From Candidatus Spongiisociaceae bacterium (GTDB lineage Bacteria > Actinomycetota > Acidimicrobiia > Spongiisociales > Spongiisociaceae): 64,000 nt of DNA. This document shows, piece by piece, positions 9,320-19,089 of this stretch. Where the stretch lies: contig OZ251535.1 of assembly GCA_965243165.1 (NCBI GenBank), forward strand, positions 1,602,246 through 1,666,245, read 5' to 3'. Position numbers and translations under genes: made by a program. The notes beneath the pieces were generated by a model that saw only the letters and a program-made list of their open reading frames with translations, was not told the DNA's origin and did no database searches. Position 1 is the stretch's first letter; each line of letters starts with the position of its first letter.

Positions 9320-9658
9320 CTAGCCCTGCAAGGCTGAAGACGCCGCGGCAAGGTCATCGTGAACATCTATGATCTGGTCGAAGCCGCTGATCATGAAGAT
9401 CTCGCGAACCATGTCGGACAGAGAGCAGATCGCGAACTTCTTGTCCTTTTGCTTGAGGTCCTTGGCGATCAACAAGATGACCCTGAGGCCGGCGCTGCTG
9501 ATGTAGTCGAGGTTCTCGAAGTCCAGGATCACAGTGCCGTCCTCGGAGGTGATCACAGCTTCCACCGAGTTCTGGAATTCGGAAGCGTTGGAGCCGTCGA
9601 TGCGGCCGTCGGTCTTTACGACCAGCTTCCCGCCTTCTCTTTCCGTGTTGATATTCAC
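9320..9658 (-). CDS. STAS-domain anti-sigma-factor antagonist, second copy
   Basis: Motifs LDFENLDYISSAGLRVIL and ISGFDQIIDV. First gene of the minus-strand operon. Confidence 0.8.
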   Translation of the reverse strand: MNINTEREGGKLVVKTDGRIDGSNASEFQNSVEAVITSEDGTVILDFENLDYISSAGLRVILLIAKDLKQKDKKFAICSLSDMVREIFMISGFDQIIDVHDDLAAASSALQG

Positions 9659-10034
9659 TTGGCCAGTCCTTTCCCTCGGAGTCCGTGTGCACCCGGAGGC
9701 CGCGCGGCGCCTCTGGCCGGCAGTCTAACAGGTTGGAGTGTAACACCTCCCCGTCTGCCCCGGTCGGCCGCCGGGCCGCGCCGGGCGGGGCGGCCCGGCG
9801 GTTCCGGCTTGCGGGCGGCCCCGCCTTCGATCGTTCACAGGGGCCGGGCGAGGCCGAGGACACCGGCAAAGCTCCCCTCTGACCTGGGGGTTGTCTCCGC
9901 AGGCAACCTTCTGCTCCGAGTCCAGGCCGAGGCCCCGCCCGCAGGCGTTCAACAACCGGAGAAATTGTATCATCGGCCCGGGGCCCTGCCCGCCGGCGGG
10001 CGGGCCGTCGATTCGAGAACTCGGGAGGAGAGAC

Positions 10035-11306
10035 ATGCGGTCGGGGAAGGCGCGGCCAGAAGGGGGGCTGCGCAGGCAGCTGGCGGTGTGCGGGGCGTCG
10101 ATGCTCTTGGCGGCGGCCTGCGCCCCGGATTACACACCGGGGCCTCTGGGGGCGGTGGAGGTGGGGCCGGGGGAGAAGATCCAGGTGCGGATGTTCCTGT
10201 CCCCCGACGAGGGGGGGTCGGGCATCACCAACCAGCGGATCGTACCGATCGCCTTGGAGCACTACGGACCGGTCCGCGGTTTCGAGGTGAGCCTCGGCGG
10301 CGGCAACGTCGACGACGACTGCACCCCCGAGGGCGGGCGGTCCGCCGCGCAGACGATCATCGACGAGGGGCGGGTGATAGGAGTGATCGGCACCACCTGT
10401 TCGGCGGCGGCGGCCGAGGCGTCGCCCCTGCTGACCGGGGAAGGGTTGGTGATGATCTCGTCGACCAACACCTCCCCGAGGCTCACCTCCGACCTGGCGG
10501 GCAACCCCGGCGAGTACCGCCGCGAAGGGTATTACCGGACTTCGGACAACGACCTGCTCCAGGGCGCCTCGGTGGCGCGGTTCCTGCACCTGGAGAAGGG
10601 CGTCACCAGGGCGGCGGCGGTCCACAACGGCGACGTGTACACCGAGAGCCTGGCCCGGGCCTTCGCCGGCTCGTTCCGGGGAATGGGGGGTGAGATCGTC
10701 TGGTTCGGCGCGGTGGACGAATCCCGGGAGGACATGTCGGCGGTGCTCGCCGAGATGGCGGCCGGCTCGCCCCAGGCGCTGTACTTCCCCGTCAGCAGGG
10801 AGAACGCCTTTGGATTGGTGCAGGGCGCGGCGGAGACGGCCGGTATGGAAGACGTCCTGCTGCTCACCTCCGACGCTTTGCTGGAGGACATCTTCATGGA
10901 GCGGGAAGAAACCGAGGGGGTGTTCTTCTCGGGGCCCGACAACCGCTTCCGCGGCGCCGAGAACCAGAGCACCGGACAGCACGCAGCCGACATCCTCGCC
11001 GAGTACCGGGCGGAGTACGGCCATGATCCTGAGACCCCCTTCTGGGCCCACACCTACGACGCCGCCGTGCTGCTGCTCGACGCGATCGAGGCCGCCTCCT
11101 TCGTGGACGGCGGGACGCTGGTGGTGGACCGGTCCGCAGTGCGGGAGCATCTGAACGGGATTTCGGAGTACGGGGGGATCATCGGGTCGATCACCTGCGA
11201 CGAGTTCGGCGACTGCGGGGTGGGGAAGCTGGTCGTCATCGAGCACATCGACTCCGGCGGCCTGGCCGCCTCCAAGGCCAACATCGTCTACGAGTTCGGA
11301 ACCTGA
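10035..11306 (+). CDS. Liv-type (branched-chain amino acid/amide) ABC substrate-binding lipoprotein, orphan
   Basis: ATG at 10035 preceded by a gggaggag RBS. Signal peptide with lipobox LAAACAP. Motif GVIGTTCSAAA, typical of the LivJ/K family. No transporter genes follow it. Divergent from the partner-switching operon. Confidence 0.8.
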   Translation: MRSGKARPEGGLRRQLAVCGASMLLAAACAPDYTPGPLGAVEVGPGEKIQVRMFLSPDEGGSGITNQRIVPIALEHYGPVRGFEVSLGGGNVDDDCTPEGGRSAAQTIIDEGRVIGVIGTTCSAAAAEASPLLTGEGLVMISSTNTSPRLTSDLAGNPGEYRREGYYRTSDNDLLQGASVARFLHLEKGVTRAAAVHNGDVYTESLARAFAGSFRGMGGEIVWFGAVDESREDMSAVLAEMAAGSPQALYFPVSRENAFGLVQGAAETAGMEDVLLLTSDALLEDIFMEREETEGVFFSGPDNRFRGAENQSTGQHAADILAEYRAEYGHDPETPFWAHTYDAAVLLLDAIEAASFVDGGTLVVDRSAVREHLNGISEYGGIIGSITCDEFGDCGVGKLVVIEHIDSGGLAASKANIVYEFGT

Positions 11307-11403
11307 GCGCCTCCCCCCGGCGGGCCTGAAGAGGCGGTGATCCCGAAGGGGAGGGCGGGGCGGTTAGCATGGGCGCGCGCTCGGTATCGCGGAAAGGAAT
11401 CGA

Positions 11404-11856
11404 ATGCTCGAAGCCCTGTTGTTCTTGCACATCCTCGGGGCGGCGGCCTGGTTGGGCGCCAACCTGGTGCGGGCCTTGGCCGGCCGGGCCTTTGCGAAGG
11501 GAGAAGACGCCGCCGCCGCCTCCTGGCACCGGACCACCATCACCGTCGGGCGGTTGATCCACACCCCGGCCGCCGTAGTGGTGTTCATCACGGGGTTCGG
11601 CCTGATCGGGATGTCGGAAGGCCGCTTCGAGATGACCGACCCCTTCGTGGTGGTCGGCATCATCGTGGTCGTGGTGGGGGCGGTGCTCGGCATGGCCGTG
11701 CTGGGCCCCAACGGAGAGCGGATCGCCTCCGCCTACGAGCAGGGCGACCGCCAGCTCGCCGAAACAGTGGCCCGCCGCTCGAGCGTGGTCGGATGGTTCG
11801 ACACCGCATTGGTCGCCTTCGCCACCCTGGTCATGGTGCTCCACTGGGGCGCCTGA
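11404..11856 (+). CDS. Hypothetical integral membrane protein (4 TM, DUF2269-like)
   Basis: 150 aa and highly hydrophobic, with host-like GC. Confidence 0.5.
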   Translation: MLEALLFLHILGAAAWLGANLVRALAGRAFAKGEDAAAASWHRTTITVGRLIHTPAAVVVFITGFGLIGMSEGRFEMTDPFVVVGIIVVVVGAVLGMAVLGPNGERIASAYEQGDRQLAETVARRSSVVGWFDTALVAFATLVMVLHWGA

Positions 11857-11892
11857 GGTTCGTCATGCTCAAGGCCTGATCGAAGCGGCCGG

Positions 11893-12339
11893 TCAGATAG
11901 TTTTTCCGCCGCACTTCCGCACCCTCGGTAAAAGGGCTGTGCCGTTGGCCTGCCGCAGTGGTCCATACCGCCTTGTGTCTACTCTTCTTCTATACTTGTA
12001 GGCCAACAAAACCTGTGGTCTGTATGATCCAAGTTCGCCGAACTGCTCGGAATTTTCAGCTATAATATTCAAACCCGATTGTACTTGTTCCCAAGCCTTC
12101 TTACGCAGTTGTCTCTTTATCTCTATTACAAACCACTCGTATCTGTTGTTATATTTTCTTAGTACAAGAAGGTCTGGTTTCTTCGTTCCTTTTTCAAGAA
12201 ATGACTGGCATTTATCACAATCTATAGCCATCAGGAATCCCTGGAAGTCAAGGACACATTCTTGATGATCTATAGGGTTGCCGGAAATCAAGCACCCGTG
12301 TTGAAAGTGGATGGCACGTAGGTGCTCTACTTCTATCAC
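11893..12339 (-). CDS. Small protein with a PD-(D/E)xK-like nuclease core, translationally coupled to the upstream AAA ATPase (candidate defence effector)
   Basis: 148 aa in a low-GC (~40%) segment. A GTG start overlaps the ATPase stop (GTGA). Contains ...KPDLLVL...YEWFVIEIKRQ.. (D...ExK). Cys/His-rich N terminus (HFQHGC...H.EC...CDKC). Confidence 0.55.
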   Translation of the reverse strand: MIEVEHLRAIHFQHGCLISGNPIDHQECVLDFQGFLMAIDCDKCQSFLEKGTKKPDLLVLRKYNNRYEWFVIEIKRQLRKKAWEQVQSGLNIIAENSEQFGELGSYRPQVLLAYKYRRRVDTRRYGPLRQANGTALLPRVRKCGGKTI

Positions 12340-13790
12340 GCTAGTAGATCTAATAGATCTGCTGTGTCTTCTGACAGCTCGTTGGCGACCTCAAGGTACT
12401 CGTCTTCGGATATACCCCAGTCAGGCTCAATTATTTCTTGAGTGACCCGAACAGGTCCAGCAGATTGGGAGTGTTGGAACCTATATACAGCTATATCATC
12501 AATAGCAATGTGCTCAGTACCTGGATATGTATCAGTATTCTTATTTAGTTTATTCTTCAATTGCCCCCGCAGGATACAATTCGATAACTCATGAAGTAAT
12601 ATCGAACTGTGTGTTGCACATACCACCTTTATGCCCTGGTTGACCAGGCCGACCAAGACTCGGGCAACGAGTCGAATGGCCTCGGGATGCAAATGTGATT
12701 CTGGTTCATCGATGATGAGCAGATCGTTGGGTGATACGAGGTGTTCCATCCACATGGCTAGGGGAGCAAGGTCCGCTACCATTGAAGAAGCGCGATGGAC
12801 CGCGATCCTGTGTCCATCTTGTTGATATTCCAGGGTAGGGACCATATTCTCCGCTGATCCTGCCCGGATACTGCCCCCCATGACTTCTCTCAATAGAGTT
12901 TGTGTGCCAGTTGTATCGGATTTGTCATCTCTGCGGGATCTAGTCTGGGAGTGTGGTCGGCGCGAGCCTATTATATTCGCCAATGACGAGACGAAATCCA
13001 AGGCGACTCCACCGAGTGAGGAGTCAGGAATTTTGGACAAGCCAAATCGCTTTTTGTCGAGATCCAAGCGCAATTTTATCACATCGGTCCACGCATTGAG
13101 CAAACCTGATCTTCCGGCTGGCAGATAATGTGCCTTACCATTTAGGCCTATGCGGCGAAAAAACTCACTCCAGACCGTGCTTGTTATAAGAAAAGATATC
13201 TCCCGATTACGTATCCCTTTGTCTCCCTCCTTTTTACTCATATTCTGCCAAAACATGAACTCGGATCGGATGTAATTACCTGACTTGTCCAAAGTAAGAA
13301 ATTTGTCTGGCACTTTAAGCGGACGCAGGGATCCAGTTTCAGCATTTTTGAAAAGACAAGTTCTCGCTTTATCTATTAGATCTTGATGGAGTTCGACCTT
13401 TATTTCTGTTGGTTGGTCCCATCTTGTTATATCTCCTAGGTCTGGTACTCCAAAATATTCCAGTAGATAATTCTGGAGCTCATCCCCGGAGTTATTGAGT
13501 AGGTTATTGATCCAATAATTGGCTTTATCTTCTAGCTCAGACGGAAACTTAAATGGATACTCGGAAGCAGTCTGTGCTGCTCGCAATAGGAGCTCTATTT
13601 CATCATCATCTAGGGCGTCTAGCAAGCCATAGGGCTTTACTGCTTTGTGGGTTGCATAGATAGCCTGGGCAAGGTAGGTCTTGCCCGTATTGTTCTTTCC
13701 TATCAGCACAGTGAGAGGCTTCAGCTCGACGTCGGCGTGTTCGATAGGGCCGAGATTCTCGACCACGAGTCTGAGATTGGTTGCGCCCAT
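12336..13790 (-). CDS. AAA_21/ABC-type (OLD/PtuA/AriA-like) ATPase, candidate anti-phage defence ATPase
   Basis: Walker A LIGKNNTGKT. Walker B with the diagnostic LLIIDEPESHLHP. His-loop VCATHS. ATG at 13790 preceded by a ggaaggaaggga RBS (the track's 13808 start is a TTG). Low GC relative to its flanks. Confidence 0.8.
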   Translation of the reverse strand: MGATNLRLVVENLGPIEHADVELKPLTVLIGKNNTGKTYLAQAIYATHKAVKPYGLLDALDDDEIELLLRAAQTASEYPFKFPSELEDKANYWINNLLNNSGDELQNYLLEYFGVPDLGDITRWDQPTEIKVELHQDLIDKARTCLFKNAETGSLRPLKVPDKFLTLDKSGNYIRSEFMFWQNMSKKEGDKGIRNREISFLITSTVWSEFFRRIGLNGKAHYLPAGRSGLLNAWTDVIKLRLDLDKKRFGLSKIPDSSLGGVALDFVSSLANIIGSRRPHSQTRSRRDDKSDTTGTQTLLREVMGGSIRAGSAENMVPTLEYQQDGHRIAVHRASSMVADLAPLAMWMEHLVSPNDLLIIDEPESHLHPEAIRLVARVLVGLVNQGIKVVCATHSSILLHELSNCILRGQLKNKLNKNTDTYPGTEHIAIDDIAVYRFQHSQSAGPVRVTQEIIEPDWGISEDEYLEVANELSEDTADLLDLLA

Positions 13791-13862
13791 GTCCCTTCCT
13801 TCCGACAACAGCTTAGCCTGTCCTTGGGGCGTATTGGCTCTATGTCAGCCCGAACGCCCAGT

Positions 13863-14579
13863 TTATTGCGGAAGGCTGCGGATGGTCTCGAGGGCGATCC
13901 TCACCATGCCGTCGAAGGTGCGCTCCCGCTCGTCGGGGGAGGAGGCTTCGCCGGTGACGAGGTGGTCGGAGACGGTAACGACGGCCAGCGCCCGCGCCCG
14001 CTCCTCGGCGGCGATGGCGTACAGCCCGGCCGCTTCCATCTCCACCGCCAGCACCCCCATCCGCTGCCAGATCTCGAGGGCGTTGTCGTAGGTGTTGTAG
14101 AACAGGTCGGAGGTGTGGAGGTTGCCGACGCGGGCCTCGATGCCCAGCCGGCCGGCGGCGTCGGCGGCCGCCCGCAGCAGCCCGAAGTCGGCGGTGGGGG
14201 CGTAGTCCCATCCGTTGTAGCGCCGGCGGTTGACGGTCGAGTCGGTGCAGGCGCCGATGGCCAGGATCGCATCCTTCATCTTCACGTCGGGGGAGATGCC
14301 GCCGCAGGTGCCCACCCGGATGAGGTTCTTCACCCCGTAGGTGCGGATCAGCTCGGTGATGTAGATGGACGCCGACGGCACCCCCATGCCGGTGCCCATC
14401 ACAGACACCGGAACGCCCCGGTAGGAGCCGGTGAACCCCAGCATGTTGCGGACCGAGGTCACCTCCGCCGCGTCTTCGAGGAAGGCCTCGGCTATGTAGC
14501 GGGCGCGCAGCGGGTCGCCCGGCAGCAGGATCGACTCTGCGAACGCCCCTTCGGGGGCCGATATATGGGGGGTGGCCAC
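13863..14579 (-). CDS. deoD: Purine nucleoside phosphorylase, DeoD type
   Basis: 238 aa. Motif [12 protein letters not shown]...VGTCGG...MEAAGLY, hallmarks of the PNP/UDP family 1. Confidence 0.9.
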   Translation of the reverse strand: MATPHISAPEGAFAESILLPGDPLRARYIAEAFLEDAAEVTSVRNMLGFTGSYRGVPVSVMGTGMGVPSASIYITELIRTYGVKNLIRVGTCGGISPDVKMKDAILAIGACTDSTVNRRRYNGWDYAPTADFGLLRAAADAAGRLGIEARVGNLHTSDLFYNTYDNALEIWQRMGVLAVEMEAAGLYAIAAEERARALAVVTVSDHLVTGEASSPDERERTFDGMVRIALETIRSLPQ

Positions 14580-14695
14580 AGATTCCTCCTTCTCCTCGGC
14601 GGGCGGCTCGGGCTCGGGCGCCTCGGCCGGCCCCGTCTTCGTTCCACCATGTGGTACGGTTGCCCGCGAGTCTAGACCCGCCCCGGGGAGGCCGA

Positions 14696-15430
14696 ATGAG
14701 CAGCGTGCGGTCCATCGAGCGGGCCTTCGCGTTGCTCGAGGCCGTCTCGGTTTCCGAGCAGGGGGTCACCGGCCTGGCCGAACGGGCGGGCATTCCCAAG
14801 AGCACGGCGGCGCGGATCCTCAAAACCCTGGAAACGATGGGGGCGGTGGAGAGGGCGCAGGAGGGCGTCTACCGGATCGGGCCCAAGGTGTACGGGCTGT
14901 CCGCCGCCCGGAGCCGGTCGGCCGAGCTGCTGCACAAGGCCCGCCCCCGCCTCGAGATGCTGGCCAGGGTGCTGGGCGAGGACGCCGGGCTGGCGGTGCA
15001 GGACGGCAACCAGGTCCACTTCATCGCCCAAGAAGACGCCGACAACAACGTGGTGGTGCGGGACTGGACGGGGACGCTGCTCCCTATGTACGTGGTTCCT
15101 TCCGGCCTGGTCATCCTGGCCCACTGGCCGCCGGACCAGCTGGACCGCTACCTGAGGGAGAAGCTCAAGCCCTACACCCGGCGCACGGTTACGGATCCGG
15201 CGCTCATCCGCAAGCGCCTGAAACGCATCCGCGAGGAGGGGTGGGCGTGGGTCATCGAAGAGTTCGTGGAGGGCATCAACTCGGTCGCCTCCCCCGTCTA
15301 CGACGACCGCGGGCGGGTGCTGGCCGCCGTCCACGTGCACGGCCCTTCCTACCGCTTTCCGGGCCGGTCCTCCCAGGGGGCGATCGCGGCCGAGGTGGCC
15401 CGGGCGGCGGCGCAGGTTTCCTCCTACTGA
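14696..15430 (+). CDS. IclR-family transcriptional regulator
   Basis: N-terminal HTH (RAFALLEAV...[23 protein letters not shown]) and a C-terminal IclR effector domain. Confidence 0.85.
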   Translation: MSSVRSIERAFALLEAVSVSEQGVTGLAERAGIPKSTAARILKTLETMGAVERAQEGVYRIGPKVYGLSAARSRSAELLHKARPRLEMLARVLGEDAGLAVQDGNQVHFIAQEDADNNVVVRDWTGTLLPMYVVPSGLVILAHWPPDQLDRYLREKLKPYTRRTVTDPALIRKRLKRIREEGWAWVIEEFVEGINSVASPVYDDRGRVLAAVHVHGPSYRFPGRSSQGAIAAEVARAAAQVSSY

Positions 15431-15498
15431 CCGAGCATTCTCGGGTCCGCCCTCGTTCGGGGGGCGGGTTCGCGTCCGTTGCCGCGGGCGGAGGGCCG

Positions 15499-16053
15499 TC
15501 AGGGAGTGGAGTGCTTGCGGGCGGCGAACACCCGGCGGACCATCGGCTCGAAGAACTCCAACGGCAGCGGCTCGTAGTCCGGATCGAAGCAGTTCTGGTC
15601 GTAGCGGGCGCAGAACTCCACCGCATCCCCGTACCAGGGGTGGTCCTCGAAGACGTCGCGGGCGTTGCGGTCCCCGCCGAAGTGGTGGAAGTAGTAGTAG
15701 CCCTGGAACAGGCCGTGATGGCGGATGATCCAGTAGTTCTTCTCGGAGACGTAGGGCCGCAGGATGTCCGCCGCCGCCTGGCTGTGGTTGTAGGGGGAGA
15801 TCAGGTCGCCGATGTCGTGGAGCAGGCAGCACACCACGTACTCCTCGCTCCGCCCGTCCCGGTGGGCGCGGCTGGCCGACTGCAGGGCGTGTTCGAACCG
15901 GCTGATCCGGTAGCCGGTGTCCCCCTCGTTCCACTGCACCCACTCAAGCAGCCGGTCCACGTAGTCGGCGTGGAGGCCCTCCTCCAGGCGGGCGAGGAGC
16001 TCGTAGTCCTCCTTGGTGCCGTCTTCCATCCTGGTGAAAGAGACCTGTCGCAT
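15499..16053 (-). CDS. HD-domain phosphohydrolase-like protein
   Basis: 184 aa C-terminal segment of a long artefactual ORF. Motif HD...(CLLHDIGD) with His-rich motifs. ATG at 16053. Confidence 0.6.
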   Translation of the reverse strand: MRQVSFTRMEDGTKEDYELLARLEEGLHADYVDRLLEWVQWNEGDTGYRISRFEHALQSASRAHRDGRSEEYVVCCLLHDIGDLISPYNHSQAAADILRPYVSEKNYWIIRHHGLFQGYYYFHHFGGDRNARDVFEDHPWYGDAVEFCARYDQNCFDPDYEPLPLEFFEPMVRRVFAARKHSTP

Positions 16054-16197
16054 ATTCGCTCTCCGTGCTGGGTCCGGGCCGGCGCCGGGGGGCGGGAACG
16101 GCGGTTTCCCCTCGGCCTCGGCGCTTTCATCACTCAAGCGCCCGGCGGGGGTAGTATTCATTCCGCACAGGCCGGTTTCGCACCAGGAGTTTACAAC

Positions 16198-18048
16198 ATG
16201 ATGAGAGATGTCGAACGGGAACGCCTCGAGATCGACCAGACGATCGGGGACATGACGCTGGTCGACCTGATGGACCGCAACGCCGAGAAGCACGGCAGCC
16301 TGGCGGCCCTCCGGTGGGAAGCCGACGACGGGGTGCGCACCCTGAGCTGGGCCGCCTACCGGCGGCAGGTGCGGGAGGCGGCCGCCGGTCTGCTGGCCTT
16401 GGGCGTCGGGCGGGGGGCGTTCACGGCCCTGCAGGCCTCCAACCGGCCCGAACATGTGATCGCGGACCTGGGCGTCGTGTACGCCGGGGCCACCCCGGTC
16501 TCGGTCTACAACACCCTCGCCCCCTCCCAGATCAAATACATCGCCGGCCACTGCTCGGCCTCGGTCGCGGTCGTGGAGAACACCGACTACCTCGACCGTT
16601 GGGAGGAGATAAAGGGCGAATTGCCGGACCTCGGCTGCATCGTGGTCATGGAGCTCTCGGAGGACCGCCGCACCGAAGGGGTGATCTCTTGGGGCGATCT
16701 GCTCGCCAAGGGCAAGGCCGCCTTGGAGGAGACCCCCGATCTGGTCGACCGTTCGGCGGGGGAGGTCTCCCCGGGCGATCTGGCCACCCTCATCTACACG
16801 TCCGGCACCACCGGAACCCCCAAGGCGGTGATGGTCACCCACCGCAACCTGCTGTGGACCCTCGAGTGCGTGGCCCGCACCTTCCTGGACATCCCCGACC
16901 ATCTGCGGCTGGTGTCGTATCTGCCGCTCGCCCACATCGGGGAGCGGGTGGTCAGCCACTACGCGCCGATGTGGTGGGCCGGCTCCGCCCGCTACGTGCC
17001 CGACCTGACGCAGGTGCTGCCGGCGGTGCAGGAGACCCGCCCCGACGTGTTCTTCGCGGTGCCGAGGGTGTGGGAGAAGTTCCACGCCGGGCTGATGGCC
17101 AAGCTGGAATCCAACCCCAACGCCCGCAAGCGCGCCTTGGCCCTCAAGGCGGTGGATCTGGCCTGGTCCGTCCAGAAGCTCGAGCATTCGGGCGGCAAGC
17201 CCGGACTGGGGGACAGGATCAAGCTGGCCCTGTTCGACCGTCTGGTCTTCTCGAAGATCCGACATGGGCTGGGGCTGGACGAGCTGGTGCTGGCCATCTC
17301 GGCCGCCGCCCCCGTCTCGCCCGAACTGCTGATGTTCTTCCGCGGCATCGGCGTCCCCGTCTTCGAGCTGTACGGCATGACCGAGTCGACCGGCCCCGGC
17401 GCCACCAACCGTCCGGGCAGCGACCGGATCGGCAGCGTCGGCCCCGCCATGCCGGGGGTGGAGATCGCCACCGAGGACGACGGGGAGGTGCTGATCCGGG
17501 GCGGGCTGGTCACCGCCGGGTACTACAAGGATCCGGAGGGCACCGCCCAGACCTTCGACGACGACGGCTGGCTGCACACCGGAGACCTGGGCCGCCTCGA
17601 CGGCAACGGTTTCCTGTCGATCGTCGGGCGCAAGAAGGAGATCATCATCACCGCCGCCGGCAAGAACGTGGCGCCGGCCCGGCTGGAGAACATGATCAAC
17701 GAGCACGCCCTCATCTCCCAGGCCTGCCTGGTGGGGGACGGGCGCCGCTACCTGACGCTGCTGGTGGCTCTCGACCCCGACAACGCCCCCGGATGGGCCG
17801 AGAGCAACGGGGTCGAGTACGAGAGTTTCGAGGCCTTCAGCCGCACCCCCCGGGTGGCCGAGGAGGTGGAGCGGATCGTAGAGGCCGCCAACGGCGAGGT
17901 CGCCCGGGTGGAGCAGGCCCGCAAGTGGTACATCGCCTCCGAGCCCTGGACGGTGGAGACCGGAGAGCTGACCCCCTCCCTCAAGCTGAAGCGCCGGGTG
18001 GTGCTGGAGAACTACTCCGCCCAGATCGAGGAGATGTACGCCGACTGA
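16198..18048 (+). CDS. Long-chain-fatty-acid--CoA ligase (AMP-dependent synthetase, FadD type)
   Basis: AMP-binding motif YTSGTTGTPKAV and a GDLGRLDGNGFLSIVGRKKE motif. The ORF 14572..18048 is this gene with a spurious N-terminal extension. Confidence 0.9.
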   Translation: MMRDVERERLEIDQTIGDMTLVDLMDRNAEKHGSLAALRWEADDGVRTLSWAAYRRQVREAAAGLLALGVGRGAFTALQASNRPEHVIADLGVVYAGATPVSVYNTLAPSQIKYIAGHCSASVAVVENTDYLDRWEEIKGELPDLGCIVVMELSEDRRTEGVISWGDLLAKGKAALEETPDLVDRSAGEVSPGDLATLIYTSGTTGTPKAVMVTHRNLLWTLECVARTFLDIPDHLRLVSYLPLAHIGERVVSHYAPMWWAGSARYVPDLTQVLPAVQETRPDVFFAVPRVWEKFHAGLMAKLESNPNARKRALALKAVDLAWSVQKLEHSGGKPGLGDRIKLALFDRLVFSKIRHGLGLDELVLAISAAAPVSPELLMFFRGIGVPVFELYGMTESTGPGATNRPGSDRIGSVGPAMPGVEIATEDDGEVLIRGGLVTAGYYKDPEGTAQTFDDDGWLHTGDLGRLDGNGFLSIVGRKKEIIITAAGKNVAPARLENMINEHALISQACLVGDGRRYLTLLVALDPDNAPGWAESNGVEYESFEAFSRTPRVAEEVERIVEAANGEVARVEQARKWYIASEPWTVETGELTPSLKLKRRVVLENYSAQIEEMYAD

Positions 18049-18086
18049 CCCGCGCCGTTCCCGGCCGGTCGCCTCGGCAGGCTGAT

Positions 18087-19076
18087 ATGGGCCCTTCCCG
18101 GCTTCCCAGGGCGGTGGTTACACGCCGCCCGCCCGGCGCCGCCGAGGCGATGCTGGCGGAGGCGGCCGAGGTGTGGACCTGGCCGGAGAACCGCCCTATT
18201 CCGAGGGGTGAGCTGCTGGCCGGGGCGGGGGAGGCGGACGGCCTCTACTGCATGCTCACCGACCGGATCGACTCGGAGCTGCTGGACGCCGCCCCGCGGC
18301 TGGCTGCGGTCAGCCAGATGGCGGTGGGGGTGGACAACATCGATTTGGCGGCGTGCACGGCGAGGGGGATTCCGGTGGGCCACACCCCGGACGTTTTGAC
18401 CGAGGCCACCGCCGACGCCGCCTTCGGCCTGTTGATAGCCGCCGCCCGCCGCTTCAGGGAAGGGATGGAGGACGTCGCGGGGGGCCGGTGGGGGGAGTGG
18501 GACCCCATGTACATGGTCGGATCGGACATTTTCGGCTCCACCCTCGGCGTGGTCGGCCTCGGCCGGATCGGCCGGGCGGCGGCCCGCCGGGCGTCCGGCT
18601 TCGGGATGCGGATTCTCTACACCAAGCGCCGCCGCGACCCCGCCGCCGAGAAAGAACTGGGTGTGGAGTACCGCCCATTCGAACAGTTGCTGGCCGAGTC
18701 CGACCACGTGATGGTGCTGACCAGCCTCCACCCCGGCACCCATCGGCTGATCGACCGGGCTGCGCTGGCCGCCATGAAGCCCTCCGCCACCCTCGTAAAC
18801 GCCTCCCGCGGTCCGGTGGTCGACACCGACGCCCTGGCCGAAGCCTTGGCCGCCGGGTCGATAGCGGCGGCCGGACTGGACGTGACCGACCCGGAACCCC
18901 TTCCCCCCGGCCACCCGCTCGCCTCCTTCCCCAACTGCTTCATCGTCCCCCACATCGGAAGCGCCACCGTCCGCACCCGCATCCAGATGGCCGAGCTGGC
19001 GGCGGCCAACCTGACATCCGCCCTCCAAGGACAGCGGATGCCCCACTGCATCAACCCCGAGGTCTACTCGGCTTGA
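18087..19076 (+). CDS. D-isomer-specific 2-hydroxyacid dehydrogenase (glyoxylate/hydroxypyruvate reductase family)
   Basis: NAD-binding motif GVVGLGRIGRAAARR. Catalytic region ...NASRG...D...HIGSAT. Start at MGPSRLPRAVVTRR. Confidence 0.85.
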   Translation: MGPSRLPRAVVTRRPPGAAEAMLAEAAEVWTWPENRPIPRGELLAGAGEADGLYCMLTDRIDSELLDAAPRLAAVSQMAVGVDNIDLAACTARGIPVGHTPDVLTEATADAAFGLLIAAARRFREGMEDVAGGRWGEWDPMYMVGSDIFGSTLGVVGLGRIGRAAARRASGFGMRILYTKRRRDPAAEKELGVEYRPFEQLLAESDHVMVLTSLHPGTHRLIDRAALAAMKPSATLVNASRGPVVDTDALAEALAAGSIAAAGLDVTDPEPLPPGHPLASFPNCFIVPHIGSATVRTRIQMAELAAANLTSALQGQRMPHCINPEVYSA

Positions 19077-19089
19077 CTATCATGGGCTG

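Noticed and set aside
14572-18048. 1158-aa ORF and other N-terminally extended ORFs (1363..3300, 15499..17706, 16314..19076, 31326..32990, 33388..34521, 34311..35240, 35162..36481, 45239..46924, 24994..27315)
   Set aside because: Only the downstream portion matches a protein family. The upstream extensions are read-through of neighbouring genes in another frame. Genes were trimmed to the ATG/GTG that gives a family-typical N terminus, usually with an ATGA overlap to the preceding gene.
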